Origin: Pseudomonadota bacterium
Lineage (GTDB): Bacteria; Pseudomonadota; Alphaproteobacteria; UBA828
Assembly: GCA_027624955.1 (NCBI GenBank)
Contig: JAQBTG010000006.1
Span: 1,269 to 65,268, forward strand
Direction: 5' to 3'
DNA length: 64,000 nucleotides
Both the position numbers and the translations under genes were made by a program. Within the stretch, counting starts at the first letter, position 1; every line of letters begins with the position of its first letter. This document shows, in pieces, positions 50,547 through 60,242 of this stretch. The notes below the pieces were generated by a model, which did no database searches, was not told the origin of the DNA, and saw only the letters and a list, made by a program, of their open reading frames with translations.

Positions 50547-51428
50547 TTACCAGCGCAATGTCGGAATTGCGGCGCGCGGGCGTTCGTTTGCCTTGCGGCA
50601 GATCGCATTCAAGGTAGCCGGATCGGGCGCTTCAAGGCGCGACACACCAAGCTCCTCGGCTAGGAGGCCACCGGTTACCAAGAGAGAATCAAGGCCCGCC
50701 GCGCGGGCGCCAGATATATCGGTTTCCAGCCCGTCGCCCACCGCCAGTACACGCGACTGTTGCGCGATGCCCAGCATGTCGAGGGACAGGCGGTAAATGA
50801 ACGGGTAGGGCTTGCCGACATAGGTCACGGCGCCACCCATTTGTTCGTAACGCGCCGCCAAAGCGCCGGCGCACAGTTCGCGCGTGCCCAGGCGGATCAC
50901 CTCACGGTCTGGGTTGACGCACAGCATCGTCAGGCCGCGCGAAGCCGCTTCGCTGAGAAATGGCTCATGCGCCGCCAAGCTCGAACGTTCGTCGCTCAGT
51001 CCGATCGCGAGCAGAAAATCGGCCTCTGCAACCGTTGCCGACGACGTATAATCGAGGCCGCGCAGAAGATCATCGTCGTCCGGCGCCGCCAGCAGAAAAT
51101 AGCGCTTGCCCAATTTCCCCAACGCCGCCGCGTCGCCGGATTCGAAGGCAATCCGCGCTGCTTCGCCGGAAGATAGCACCCCGTCATATAGCGTCCGTGC
51201 GATGCCCTTGCTTTCCAGAATAGCGGCGACCTTTTCCGCCCGTCGCGGCGCGTTCGACAGAAATATGACCCGTTTGCTGGCGGCGCGCAGTTGGCGGACG
51301 CAGTCGACGGCCTCGTCATAGGCGGCGCCGCCCTGGTGCACTACGCCCCAGATATCGAGAATAAAGCCGTCATAGGCTTCGCTGAAATCGGCGAGGCCGG
51401 GCAGGAGCGGTATGTTCATGTTGCCCAA
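50547..51428 (-). CDS. HAD superfamily class IIA hydrolase (TIGR01459-like)
   Basis: FILDIWGVVH (DxWG variant of motif I), FLSNAPR and VGDGLETDISGA. Confidence 0.8.
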   Translation of the reverse strand: MGNMNIPLLPGLADFSEAYDGFILDIWGVVHQGGAAYDEAVDCVRQLRAASKRVIFLSNAPRRAEKVAAILESKGIARTLYDGVLSSGEAARIAFESGDAAALGKLGKRYFLLAAPDDDDLLRGLDYTSSATVAEADFLLAIGLSDERSSLAAHEPFLSEAASRGLTMLCVNPDREVIRLGTRELCAGALAARYEQMGGAVTYVGKPYPFIYRLSLDMLGIAQQSRVLAVGDGLETDISGARAAGLDSLLVTGGLLAEELGVSRLEAPDPATLNAICRKANERPRAAIPTLRW

Positions 51429-51483
51429 GGTTCAACCACGAACACGCTTCTGACACAGACAGACATCTTTTGAAAGGGCTAGG

Positions 51484-52899
51484 TCACGGCTTACTTTCAC
51501 GCGGTTCGCCGAAAAGATAGCCCTGCCCATAGCGAATATTATGGTCGAGAAGCTCTACAAGCTGGGGTTCGGTTTCGATTTTCTCCACGATCATCGTGAC
51601 GCGTGAATCAGCCAAATCCTCTTGCAAGTAGCGCAGCTGCTCCAGCCCATTTTCGGTGTGGGCCAGGGAAATCAAATTTGCAGCATCGACCTTGACTTAG
51701 TGGAAGCTGCGTTTGGCAATTTCTACGAAGTTGAGATCGAGGCGTTCGACGCGATCCATCGAAAAACTGAACCCCAATTTGGCCATGCGTTCGAGATTTT
51801 CTGCAAATTCGTTGTAGTGGGTTTCAACATCGTTCTGCGAAAACTCGAAAATCAAATCGTCCACCAGTTCCAGATTCTCGGACAGAAATTCAATGAATTG
51901 GCCGAAAAATGTTTCGTCGCGCAGAGTGTGTGGCGACACATTGCAGAAGAATCCATAGTCCCGATTGTGCCGCCGCACCCGACGTAACAATTGAATGCAG
52001 CGGAACAGGAGATTGTTGTCGATAGCGCCGACAAGACCCGCGCGCTCGGCGAGTTCTAGATATTGGCGTGGACCGATAAAGTTTCCGGCATGGTCTTGGA
52101 TGCGGGAATAGGCCTCATAATATTCGACCCGGCGTGTCGGCAGCGAAACGATCGGTTGCAGGAAAAGACTGACTCGGGCGCGCTCCAGGGCGTCACGCGT
52201 AATTGCAAGTATATCCTGCGCGTTGCCGCCGAGCGGTAGCGCATCCGAAAAATCTTGGTTTTGGTTGTCGGGAAATTCCACCTGCCCCGAGTGCGGCTGC
52301 TGATGCACAGAGCTGCTTAAATCCATGTAGCTCGCGCGGTACTCGCTGGTGACCTTGGCCGTTTGCCGCGCCTCTAGAATATCGAAATTTTCGCCCATTA
52401 TTGGATCGTCGGGCGGTGGCGGCGTTTTCTGGCGTGGCGTTTTCTGTGCCACTGGTGCCGCGTGTTTTTCTGCGCCCTTCTTGTTGGTCAACTGTGAGAA
52501 AAGAGTCCGCAACAGGCGCAATTCGCCGAGCACCTCGTTGCTCGAGCGCGTGTTGGCTTCAAGATCGGCCCCGGGAACCCCGAGAGGGTGGCTGTCGCTA
52601 AACCGAGTTTTGATTTCGCGCAGTTCGTTGCGCGCAAGCTCCAAATCGCGTTGCACGGCCGCGCTGGTGGACGTCACGGCGCTGAGCTCATGCGCGATGT
52701 AACGGCCGCGTTTGTTTTGCACCACACTTTGGTGTCCCAGCGCGCTCACGACCAGTATCGCCGCACCCGCAAACAGCGCGAGCATCGGTTCGATGCCGGT
52801 ACTCAATAGCGGCAGACCGAATGCAGCGGCTGCCGCGATTGCGATATAACTTAAAGCGACCAGACCATGGAATAAGACGGACATTCTTGAAGCGCGCAT
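51484..52899 (-). pseudogene. TipF-like membrane-anchored degenerate EAL-domain gene interrupted by an in-frame TAA
   Basis: Two ORFs (51697-52992 and 51484-51675) lie in the same frame, separated only by TAA (51697-51699) and 7 sense codons. Together they encode 2 TM helices, a coiled coil and one EAL-type domain: ...FSFSMDRVERLDLNFVEIAKRSFH*VKVDAANLISLAHTE...YGQGYLFGEPRE. Confidence 0.7.
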
Positions 52900-52935
52900 T
52901 TCCGTTGGTGAAGCTCGCACATTGCCTGGAGAGCC

Positions 52936-52950
52936 TTGATTTATGGTTAA
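52936..52950. promoter_or_regulatory. CtrA-box-like motif TTGA-N7-TTAA upstream of the TipF-like gene
   Basis: The sequence TTGATTTATGGTTAA has one mismatch to TTAA-N7-TTAA. It lies about 40-65 bp upstream of the likely start codons (52899/52884). Confidence 0.3.
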
Positions 52951-53237
52951 GATTTCGCATTTATCCGCGACATGAATATAGCCTGTGGGCACGGTGGTGC
53001 TGGCCGCTACACAATTTTTGAGAATTTACGGCCATATCAGATAAGTTGTAGAACCCTTAGGCCCGTCACCATGGCTGTGTGGCAGGGACGGCTTTGCAAG
53101 GAATAATCCTTTCGGTTAAGGTTTCGCCGCCATCGCTGGGGGATCGCCGAAAATCGCGCCTTTTTTCGGGGGACGCCCAAGGATTGGCCGGAAATCCGCT
53201 CGCGCGGCGTCGATTATTGGGAGGAGAAATACCGCCA

Positions 53238-54269
53238 GTGCGTGTTGTGGCATTTGGTGCCCTGATCGCCGGAATCGGCGCGATTATCGCTCTCGTGCTC
53301 TACCAGGGAGTTGGAGATGTCGCAGCGGCTATTGCCGCGGTCGGCTGGGGGCTGGTTTTCGTTATCCTTTCGCGATTGGTACCGATCGCGCTTGATGGCT
53401 ATGTCTGGCGTTTCCTGTTCCCGACAGACACGCCACGGCCTGTCGGCCTGTTGTTGTGGGCGCGCTGGATTGGCGAAGGCGTGAATACGCTAATGTCGGC
53501 CTTTCAAGTCGGCGGCGCACTGGTCCGCACCCGGCTTCTCGTAATGCGTGGCTTTCAGGGAAAAACTGTCGGTGCCAGCGTCGTTGTCGACCTGACCTTG
53601 AGCACACTTACGCAGCTTCTCTTTACGCTGGTCGGCGTTGGTCTTTTGCTGGCGCATTATGGCCACAATGATATCGCCAAGGGCGCCGGCGCCGGCGTCG
53701 GGCTTGGCCTCGTGTTAGTGATCTTTTTTTGCTTTTTCCAGCATCGCGGCCTGTTCAGTTATTTGGTCGGCACGGTATCGCGCGTCTCCAAGGGCCGTGA
53801 TTGGGTAAAGGCGGTTGGCGGTGCAGAGGCTTTGGACGAAGCCATCCGCACGCTTTATCGGCGGCGCTGGGCGTTGACGTTCAACGCAGCAGGGCAAATG
53901 ATTGCCTGGACTTTGGGGGCGGCAGAAATCTGGCTGGCGCTCTATTTTATGGATATTCCGGTTACCATTGCCGATGCGCTGTTGCTGGAGAGCCTAATCC
54001 TGGCGGTGCGGGCGGCAGCCTTTTTCGTACCGGGCGCGGTCGGTGTCCAGGAAGGCGCGTTTGTCCTCCTTGGTGCCGTCATTGGAATCGGTCCGGAGGT
54101 CGCGTTGGCGCTCTCGCTGATCAAACGGGTGCGGGAATTAGTTATTGGCGCACCGGCACTGATCGCCTGGCAGGTGGCGGAGGGCAAACATCTGTTTTCG
54201 CGGCGCCATGCCGCGGCCGCTGAAAAACCCCTGCCTCAGCCCATTCTGGAACGTTCGAGCAGCGATTAG
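53238..54269 (+). CDS. UPF0104 / lysylphosphatidylglycerol-synthase-TM-region family (flippase-like) membrane protein
   Basis: A polytopic membrane protein with a typical family layout (GALIAGIGAIIALVLY..., ...LESLILAVRAAAFFVPGAVGVQEGAFVLLG). GTG 53238 is preceded by GGAGGAG. The longest ORF begins at 53079. Confidence 0.65.
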   Translation: MRVVAFGALIAGIGAIIALVLYQGVGDVAAAIAAVGWGLVFVILSRLVPIALDGYVWRFLFPTDTPRPVGLLLWARWIGEGVNTLMSAFQVGGALVRTRLLVMRGFQGKTVGASVVVDLTLSTLTQLLFTLVGVGLLLAHYGHNDIAKGAGAGVGLGLVLVIFFCFFQHRGLFSYLVGTVSRVSKGRDWVKAVGGAEALDEAIRTLYRRRWALTFNAAGQMIAWTLGAAEIWLALYFMDIPVTIADALLLESLILAVRAAAFFVPGAVGVQEGAFVLLGAVIGIGPEVALALSLIKRVRELVIGAPALIAWQVAEGKHLFSRRHAAAAEKPLPQPILERSSSD

Positions 54270-54274
54270 CGCTG

Positions 54275-55870
54275 TCAGCCGGCGAGATTCTCGCCGGCCA
54301 GAGCCCGCCGAATCAACGCCGCGGTTTCGGAAATTCCATAGAGTGCGATAAACGACCCCATGCGCGGGCCCTGTTCCTGGCCGAGCAATATTTCGTAGAG
54401 CGCTTTAAACCATTCGCGCAGATTTTCAAAGCCATGGCGTTTGCCGATTTCATAGACTTCGCTTTGAATGTCTGCGGCGGTGGCGTCTTCCGGCAACGCG
54501 TCGAGGACTGAAACCAACTCTTCCAGCGCCTTCGCCTCGTTGGCCTCCGGCTGGCGGTAACGCTTATCTGGCTTGACGAAATCGCGGTAGTAATTGATCG
54601 CGAGCGCCACGAGATGGTCGAGAATGGGCGTTGTATCGGGCGTCGCATTCGGCGCATAGCGGCTGATGAATCCCCACAGAACCGAGGGGTCCTCGGTATT
54701 GCACACGCTGGCGAGGTTGAGCAGGACGGCATAGCTGATACCCGCTTCCGGTGCTGGTGGCTGGCCGGCATGAATATGCCATACGGGGTTTTCCAACTGC
54801 TCCGCCGGGCCTAGTTCCGAGAACTTCTCAAGATGGCTGAAATAATCGTCGACGTGGCGTGGAATCACATCGAAATGCAGGCGCTTGGCGCGGCGCGGTG
54901 TGGCGAACATGTAAAGCGACAAGCTCTCCCGCGAGCCATAGCTTAGCCATTCGTCGATGGTGAGGCCATTGCCGCGGGATTTCGAGATCTTTTCGCCGTT
55001 TTCGTCCAGAAAGAGCTCATAGATAAAGCCAGCCGGTGGCGTCGATCCGAGAATTCGGCAGATTTTTCCGGACAGCTCAACCGAGGATATGAGGTCCTTG
55101 CCCGCCATTTCATAGTCCACGCCCAGAGCATGCCAGCGCATCGCCCAATCGGCCTTCCATTGCAGTTTGCAATGGCCGCCGGTAACCGGCACTTCGACGC
55201 TTTTGCCGTTTTCGTTCTGGTAACACACCGTGCCGGCGTCTTCGTCACGCGCTGTGATCGGCACTTGCAACACCCGTCCGGTGCTCGGGCAGAGCGGCAG
55301 GAACGGGCTGTAAGTGGCTTGGCGCTCCGCACCCAGTGTTGGCAGAGTGACCGCCATGATTTTCTCATAATTGCGCAAAACATCGAGAAGCGCCGTATCG
55401 AATTCGCCGTCTTGGTACGCTTGCGTGGAGCTCTTGAATTCATACTCGAAGCCGAACGCGTCGAGAAACGCGCGCAGGCGGGCATTATTGTGATGGCCGA
55501 AACTCTCATGGGTGCCGAACGGGTCGGGGACGCTGGTCAGCGGCTTGCCGAGATGGGGCGTCATCGCTTCACCGTTCGGGATATTGCTCGGCACGCTGCG
55601 CAAGCCGTCCATATCGTCGGAGAATGCCACCAGCCGGGTCGGCAAGTTAGACAGCAGAGAAAATGCTCGGCGCACCATGGTCGTCCGCGCTACCTCGCCG
55701 AATGTGCCGATATGCGGCAATCCGGACGGCCCGTATCCGGTTTCGAAGAGGACGGCGCCGCTCGACGGAGGGTGCTTCTCGAACCGCTTGGCGAGTTCGT
55801 GGGCTTCCTTGAACGGCCAAGCTTTTGCGTCGCGTGCGAACTCGTTGAGCCTGGCTGAATCGCCGGTCAT
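54275..55870 (-). CDS. lysK: Lysine--tRNA ligase, class I
   Basis: 531-aa ORF with the HIGH-type motif PHIGTFGE and the KMSKS-type motif KISKSRGNG. The length and layout match class I LysRS. Confidence 0.9.
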   Translation of the reverse strand: MTGDSARLNEFARDAKAWPFKEAHELAKRFEKHPPSSGAVLFETGYGPSGLPHIGTFGEVARTTMVRRAFSLLSNLPTRLVAFSDDMDGLRSVPSNIPNGEAMTPHLGKPLTSVPDPFGTHESFGHHNNARLRAFLDAFGFEYEFKSSTQAYQDGEFDTALLDVLRNYEKIMAVTLPTLGAERQATYSPFLPLCPSTGRVLQVPITARDEDAGTVCYQNENGKSVEVPVTGGHCKLQWKADWAMRWHALGVDYEMAGKDLISSVELSGKICRILGSTPPAGFIYELFLDENGEKISKSRGNGLTIDEWLSYGSRESLSLYMFATPRRAKRLHFDVIPRHVDDYFSHLEKFSELGPAEQLENPVWHIHAGQPPAPEAGISYAVLLNLASVCNTEDPSVLWGFISRYAPNATPDTTPILDHLVALAINYYRDFVKPDKRYRQPEANEAKALEELVSVLDALPEDATAADIQSEVYEIGKRHGFENLREWFKALYEILLGQEQGPRMGSFIALYGISETAALIRRALAGENLAG

Positions 55871-55950
55871 CGCTGGTCGTCCCCGATTATTTCATGTGCG
55901 GCGCAAAATGCGTCAAGCGAACTAAGCTCGTCAATGACTATACTGCCAGC

Positions 55951-58857
55951 ATGCCACGAGCCGCCCCCCCTGACGAAGAAAAGCGCACCATGGCACGGCG
56001 CGTCCTGGTGCCAGAGGCGCCGGCCTTGGTGCTGGCGCCGGGGCGCGCGGTGTGGCTTGGCGTGACCGGCGAAATCGAAGAGATATCGCCGAGTGAGGCG
56101 GCCAGGCGCCTGGTCCAGGGGCCACCGCCTTTTGTCTGTCACGCCCGTGCGATGGCGCGGCGTCTCGGCATCAACGCGTTTCATGCCTATGACCTTCTCG
56201 AACTCTACGCCTTTGTCCGCCCGGCAGGGTTTTGTTTGCCGACAGCAATCGGTTTGGCCGACGCCTTGGCCTTGAAGCGGCCGAGCGATCATGCCGGTGA
56301 AGCGCTGCTATTGCTCGACGCAGCAACGGCAATGCTATTGGCGCTGGCCAATCAAAGCGTATCGGCGGAACAATCCGAACGCGAGGATACGACGATCCGG
56401 ATCGCCGCCGTGCTGGAGAAAGCGGGGTGGATTTGGGGCGAAGCCGTGGTGCGAGCGCTTGGCCCGGCGGCTCAGAAGCGCAGCGCCGTGCCCGGGGCGC
56501 CCACCACCAGCGAAAACAATGCCCTTGCCGTTTGGACGCGACTCAAGGAATGGCAGGATTCGGCGCCGCTGGCCGCACCAAGTCATTTTGGTGTAAGCAA
56601 TCCCGAGGCCCGCGCGCGCCTGGCGGAACTGCTTGGCGAAGGTGCCGAAGCGCGTCCGCAACAGGCGGATTATGCCTCGGCGGTGTGCGGCGCGTTTCAG
56701 CCGGCATTGGAGCCAGAACAGCCGCATTTGGTGCTGGCCGAGGCCGGAACCGGTGTTGGTAAGACGCTAGGCTATATCGCGCCGGCCAGTCTATGGGCGG
56801 AAAAGAACGAAGGCACCGTGTGGCTGTCGACCTTCACGCGCAACCTCCAGCGGCAAATCGACGGCGAATTGGACCGGCTGTTTCCCGACAGTGCCGTCAA
56901 AGCTGACAAGGTGGTAGTGCGCAAAGGGCGGGAGAATTATCTCTGCCTGTTGAATTTGGAAGAGGCGGTCAGCCGCAGTGTTTTGATACCGGGTGACCGC
57001 ATTGCGATGGCGATGATGGCGCGCTGGGCCGAGGCGACGCGTGATGGAGATATGGTGGGCGGCGATTTCCCCGCCTGGTTGGCCGATTTGTTCGGCTATG
57101 GCCGCACCCTCGCCCTGACCGACCGGCGCGGCGAGTGCATCTATTCCGCCTGTCCGCATTACCGCAAATGCTACGTCGAGAAAAATCAACGCAAGGCGCG
57201 CGGCGCCGAGATCGTGATCGCCAACCATGCGCTGGTCATGGTGCAGGCCGCACAGGGCGCTTTTGCCTCCGGCGAACGAGGTGCGCCGACACGCTTTGTG
57301 TTCGACGAGGGGCATCATGTCTTCGGTGCGGCGGATTCGGCCTTCTCGGCACATTTGACCGGCAGTGAGGCACGCGAACTGAGGCGCTGGCTGATGGGCG
57401 CCGAGCGGAGCGGCGCAACCCGCCGTCGTGGCTTGAGAAGCCGCGTCGAGGATTTGATCTTCGAGGACGAAACCGCCTTGCAGGCGTTGGATCAGGCACT
57501 CAATGCGGCGCGGGCCTTGCCGTCCGATGACTGGGCAAAACGCGTGGCGGAAGGTGGGGCGCATGGTCCGACGGAGAAATTTCTCAGCTATATCCGCCAG
57601 CAAGTGATGGCGCGCAGCAACGATGGCGACGGCCCCTATAGCCTGGAGGCGCCCACAGTGCCGGAGATCGAAGGAATGGCCGGCGCGGCGGCAGCACTTG
57701 AATCTGCGCTCGGCGGCATTCGTCGCCCGCTCTTGGTTTTGGCGCAACGTCTCGCGGCGGCTCTGGACGAGAAGGCAGATTCGCTTGATAGCGCCCAGCG
57801 CGCCCGCATCGAAGGCGTGGTGCGCGGCGTCGCCCGGCGCGGCGAAGAACAGCTCGCCTCATGGTGCGGCATGCTGCAAACCCTGATGCTCTCTCCGGCC
57901 ACCGCCAATGAGGATACGGGGCCAGATGTTGCCGTGGGTGTCGTCAAGGGCGGCGCCGAGGATGTCGTCAGGGATGTCGCCGAGGATGGCTATGTCGACT
58001 GGTTCGCGATTCAGCGTAGTGACGGGCGCGACATTGATCTCGGCATGCATCGCCATTTTATCGACCCGACCCGGCCCTTCGCTCAGGCCGTGCTTGCCGT
58101 ATCGCATGGCGCGCTGTTGACATCGGCAACTCTACGCGATGGCTCCGGCGATTTTGCCGCGGATTGGGACGGCGCCGAAGCGCGTACCGGGGTCCGCCAT
58201 GTGTTGGGTGCCAAAGCGGTGCGGGCGGAAGTTCCCTCGCCCTTCGATTACGGCGAACAGACCCGCATCTTCATCATCACCGACGTTCGCCGCAACGACG
58301 CGGATCAGGTCGCGGCCGCCTATCGTGAGCTATTCAAGGCCTCGGGCGGCGGCGCGCTCGGTTTGTTTACCGCCATTTCACGTCTGCGCGCGGCGCATTC
58401 CCGCATCGACGCCGCGCTCGATGCCGCCGGGTTGCGGCTCTGGGCACAACATGTCGATCCGCTCGACACCTCGACTCTTGTCGATATTTTTCGCGCCGAT
58501 GAACATAGCTGCCTGCTAGGCACCGATGCGGTACGCGACGGTGTTGATGTGCCGGGCCAGAGCCTCCGGCTGATCGTCTTCGACCGGGTTCCGTGGCCGC
58601 GCCCCGACATCCTGCACAAGGCGCGCAAGAAGTGCTTCGGCGGCGCGCGCTATGACGACATGTTGACCCGCCTCAAGCTCAAGCAGGCTTACGGTCGATT
58701 GGTCCGGCGAGCCGATGACCGAGGCGTGTTTGTCATGTTAGATTCGGCGCTTCCAAGCCGCCTGCTCGGCGCTTTCCCACCTGAAGCGCCGATCGAACGA
58801 CTGGGATTGGCCGACGCCATCGCTCAAACGCGGCGATTTCTCGGGACAACGGATTGA
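55951..58857 (+). CDS. DinG/Rad3-family ATP-dependent DNA helicase (probable Fe-S type)
   Basis: Walker A AEAGTGVGKT, DEGHH box, Cys cluster (YLCLLN...GECIYSACPHYRKC) and a C-terminal helicase domain (GTDAVRDGVDVPG...QAYGRLVRR). The start is uncertain (55894/55951/55990). Confidence 0.8.
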   Translation: MPRAAPPDEEKRTMARRVLVPEAPALVLAPGRAVWLGVTGEIEEISPSEAARRLVQGPPPFVCHARAMARRLGINAFHAYDLLELYAFVRPAGFCLPTAIGLADALALKRPSDHAGEALLLLDAATAMLLALANQSVSAEQSEREDTTIRIAAVLEKAGWIWGEAVVRALGPAAQKRSAVPGAPTTSENNALAVWTRLKEWQDSAPLAAPSHFGVSNPEARARLAELLGEGAEARPQQADYASAVCGAFQPALEPEQPHLVLAEAGTGVGKTLGYIAPASLWAEKNEGTVWLSTFTRNLQRQIDGELDRLFPDSAVKADKVVVRKGRENYLCLLNLEEAVSRSVLIPGDRIAMAMMARWAEATRDGDMVGGDFPAWLADLFGYGRTLALTDRRGECIYSACPHYRKCYVEKNQRKARGAEIVIANHALVMVQAAQGAFASGERGAPTRFVFDEGHHVFGAADSAFSAHLTGSEARELRRWLMGAERSGATRRRGLRSRVEDLIFEDETALQALDQALNAARALPSDDWAKRVAEGGAHGPTEKFLSYIRQQVMARSNDGDGPYSLEAPTVPEIEGMAGAAAALESALGGIRRPLLVLAQRLAAALDEKADSLDSAQRARIEGVVRGVARRGEEQLASWCGMLQTLMLSPATANEDTGPDVAVGVVKGGAEDVVRDVAEDGYVDWFAIQRSDGRDIDLGMHRHFIDPTRPFAQAVLAVSHGALLTSATLRDGSGDFAADWDGAEARTGVRHVLGAKAVRAEVPSPFDYGEQTRIFIITDVRRNDADQVAAAYRELFKASGGGALGLFTAISRLRAAHSRIDAALDAAGLRLWAQHVDPLDTSTLVDIFRADEHSCLLGTDAVRDGVDVPGQSLRLIVFDRVPWPRPDILHKARKKCFGGARYDDMLTRLKLKQAYGRLVRRADDRGVFVMLDSALPSRLLGAFPPEAPIERLGLADAIAQTRRFLGTTD

Positions 58858-58962
58858 GGCGCCCTTGCCCGCAGGCGCGTAATCGCCTAAGAGGCAGGTA
58901 ACGACAAGCAACAGCCGAGCAGCAAACGATTGCTGCGCGGACTACCCAGAAAAGAGGATGGT

Positions 58963-59394
58963 ATGGCGAGCAGCACGACAGAATCGGGGCCGATCAGCCA
59001 CCACAAGGCGTTGATTTACACCATGGTAATGGTTTCGGCTGCGGACCGTGAAATGACCGATGCCGAAATCATGGCAATTGGCGAGGAAGTTCAGCGGCTT
59101 CCCATTTTCCGCGATTACGACGTCGATTTGCTGCCGAGCGCAGCAGCCGAATGCGCGGAATATCTGCAGGCCGAGGACGGCCTCGACAATTTGTTGATCA
59201 TGGTCAAAAAGGGCCTGCCAAAAAAACTGTATGAGACGGCCTACGCGTTGGCTTGTGATGTCGCCGTGGCTGACGGCAAGCTTTCGCAAGAGGAATTGCG
59301 CCTGTTGCAGATGCTGCGCAATCGCCTGGAATTGGACCGGCTCCATTCAGCCGCGATCGAACGCGGCGCCCGAGCGCGGCACGCGCTGCTCTAA
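58963..59394 (+). CDS. TerB-family (tellurite-resistance-like) protein
   Basis: YTMVMVSAADREMTDAEIMAIGEEV and ALACDVAVADGKLSQEELRLLQMLRNRLELD fit the TerB two-repeat pattern. Confidence 0.65.
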   Translation: MASSTTESGPISHHKALIYTMVMVSAADREMTDAEIMAIGEEVQRLPIFRDYDVDLLPSAAAECAEYLQAEDGLDNLLIMVKKGLPKKLYETAYALACDVAVADGKLSQEELRLLQMLRNRLELDRLHSAAIERGARARHALL

Positions 59395-59429
59395 CACGGC
59401 AGTTAGATTGCTGATTAAGAGCAATTTGT

Positions 59430-59445
59430 TTTACGGAATGTTAAC
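59430..59445. promoter_or_regulatory. CtrA-box-like motif TTTA-N7-TTAAC upstream of flgB
   Basis: The sequence TTTACGGAATGTTAAC lies about 50 bp upstream of the flgB ATG and has one mismatch to the Caulobacter CtrA consensus TTAA-N7-TTAAC. Confidence 0.35.
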
Positions 59446-59495
59446 GAACTGAATTCATACTCGCTCGGCACAGCAAGGTCAGCGGTCGAGCGAGA

Positions 59496-59906
59496 ATGAA
59501 TCTCAACGATATCCCCCTGTTTCGCATGATGGGCCAACGAATGGAGTGGCTCTCGCAGCGCCAGCAGCTGCTCGCCCATAATGTGGCGAATGCCAACACC
59601 CCAGGCTACAAGGCCCAGGACCTCAACCCCCTCACCTTCGAGACCATGGTCCGCGCCGGCGCGGGGCGAATGGCCGCGCGCGCGACCCGCTCCGGGCACC
59701 TATCCGGCGGCACGGCTGGAAGCACCACCAAATTCAAACTCAAAGCCGAGACAGACAGCCGGCAAAAATCTATGACCGGCAACGATGTCGTGGTTGAGCA
59801 GGAAATGATGAAGGTCGCGCAAACCTCGATGGATTATCAGCTGACCACCAATCTGTACCGTAAGCATCTGGCGCTCATTCGCGCCGCCCTCAATCCGCCG
59901 CGTTAG
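59496..59906 (+). CDS. flgB: Flagellar basal-body rod protein FlgB
   Basis: The N-terminal rod motif is LSQRQQLLAHNVANANTPGYKAQD. The C-terminal part reads VVVEQEMMKVAQTSMDYQLTTNLY. Confidence 0.9.
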   Translation: MNLNDIPLFRMMGQRMEWLSQRQQLLAHNVANANTPGYKAQDLNPLTFETMVRAGAGRMAARATRSGHLSGGTAGSTTKFKLKAETDSRQKSMTGNDVVVEQEMMKVAQTSMDYQLTTNLYRKHLALIRAALNPPR

Positions 59907-59936
59907 AAGGCGGCCAATCAACGAAACGGATAGCCA

Positions 59937-60242
59937 ATGGATCTGACGAAAATTCTCCTCACTTCCGCGTCCGGCATGCATGTGCAGGGCGAGCGCATGC
60001 GGATCGTGGCTGAAAACCTGGCCAATGCCGGCGCCAGCGCGAATTCGCCGGACGACGAACCCTATCGCCGCAAGTTGATCACCTTCAGCAATGAGCTGGA
60101 CCGCGAGCTTGGCGTGCCCCGGGTCAATGTTGACCGCATCACATTCGACCAATCCGATTTCGGCCGTAAATACGATCCCGGCCACCCCGGCGCCAATGAA
60201 CTTCAGATCAAGGAGGCAGCTTGGACATGGATATTAAGATAG
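59937..60242 (+). CDS. flgC: Flagellar basal-body rod protein FlgC, lacking the conserved C-terminal rod domain (101 aa)
   Basis: The N-terminus is canonical (SASGMHVQGERMRIVAENLANA...YDPGHPGAN). The ORF then ends as ELQIKEAAWTWILR*, without the PNVN...EM..M..A.RSYEAN segment. Confidence 0.75.
   Translation: MDLTKILLTSASGMHVQGERMRIVAENLANAGASANSPDDEPYRRKLITFSNELDRELGVPRVNVDRITFDQSDFGRKYDPGHPGANELQIKEAAWTWILR

Noticed and set aside
56791-57747. 318-aa minus-strand ORF inside the DinG-like helicase gene
   Set aside because: It is antisense to a CDS with clear helicase motifs and has no recognisable motifs of its own.
55951-59394. DinG-like helicase plus TerB protein as a phage-defence pair
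   Set aside because: The helicase looks like the conserved housekeeping DinG/Rad3 paralogue next to lysK. No nuclease, effector, mobility gene or compositional shift accompanies the pair.
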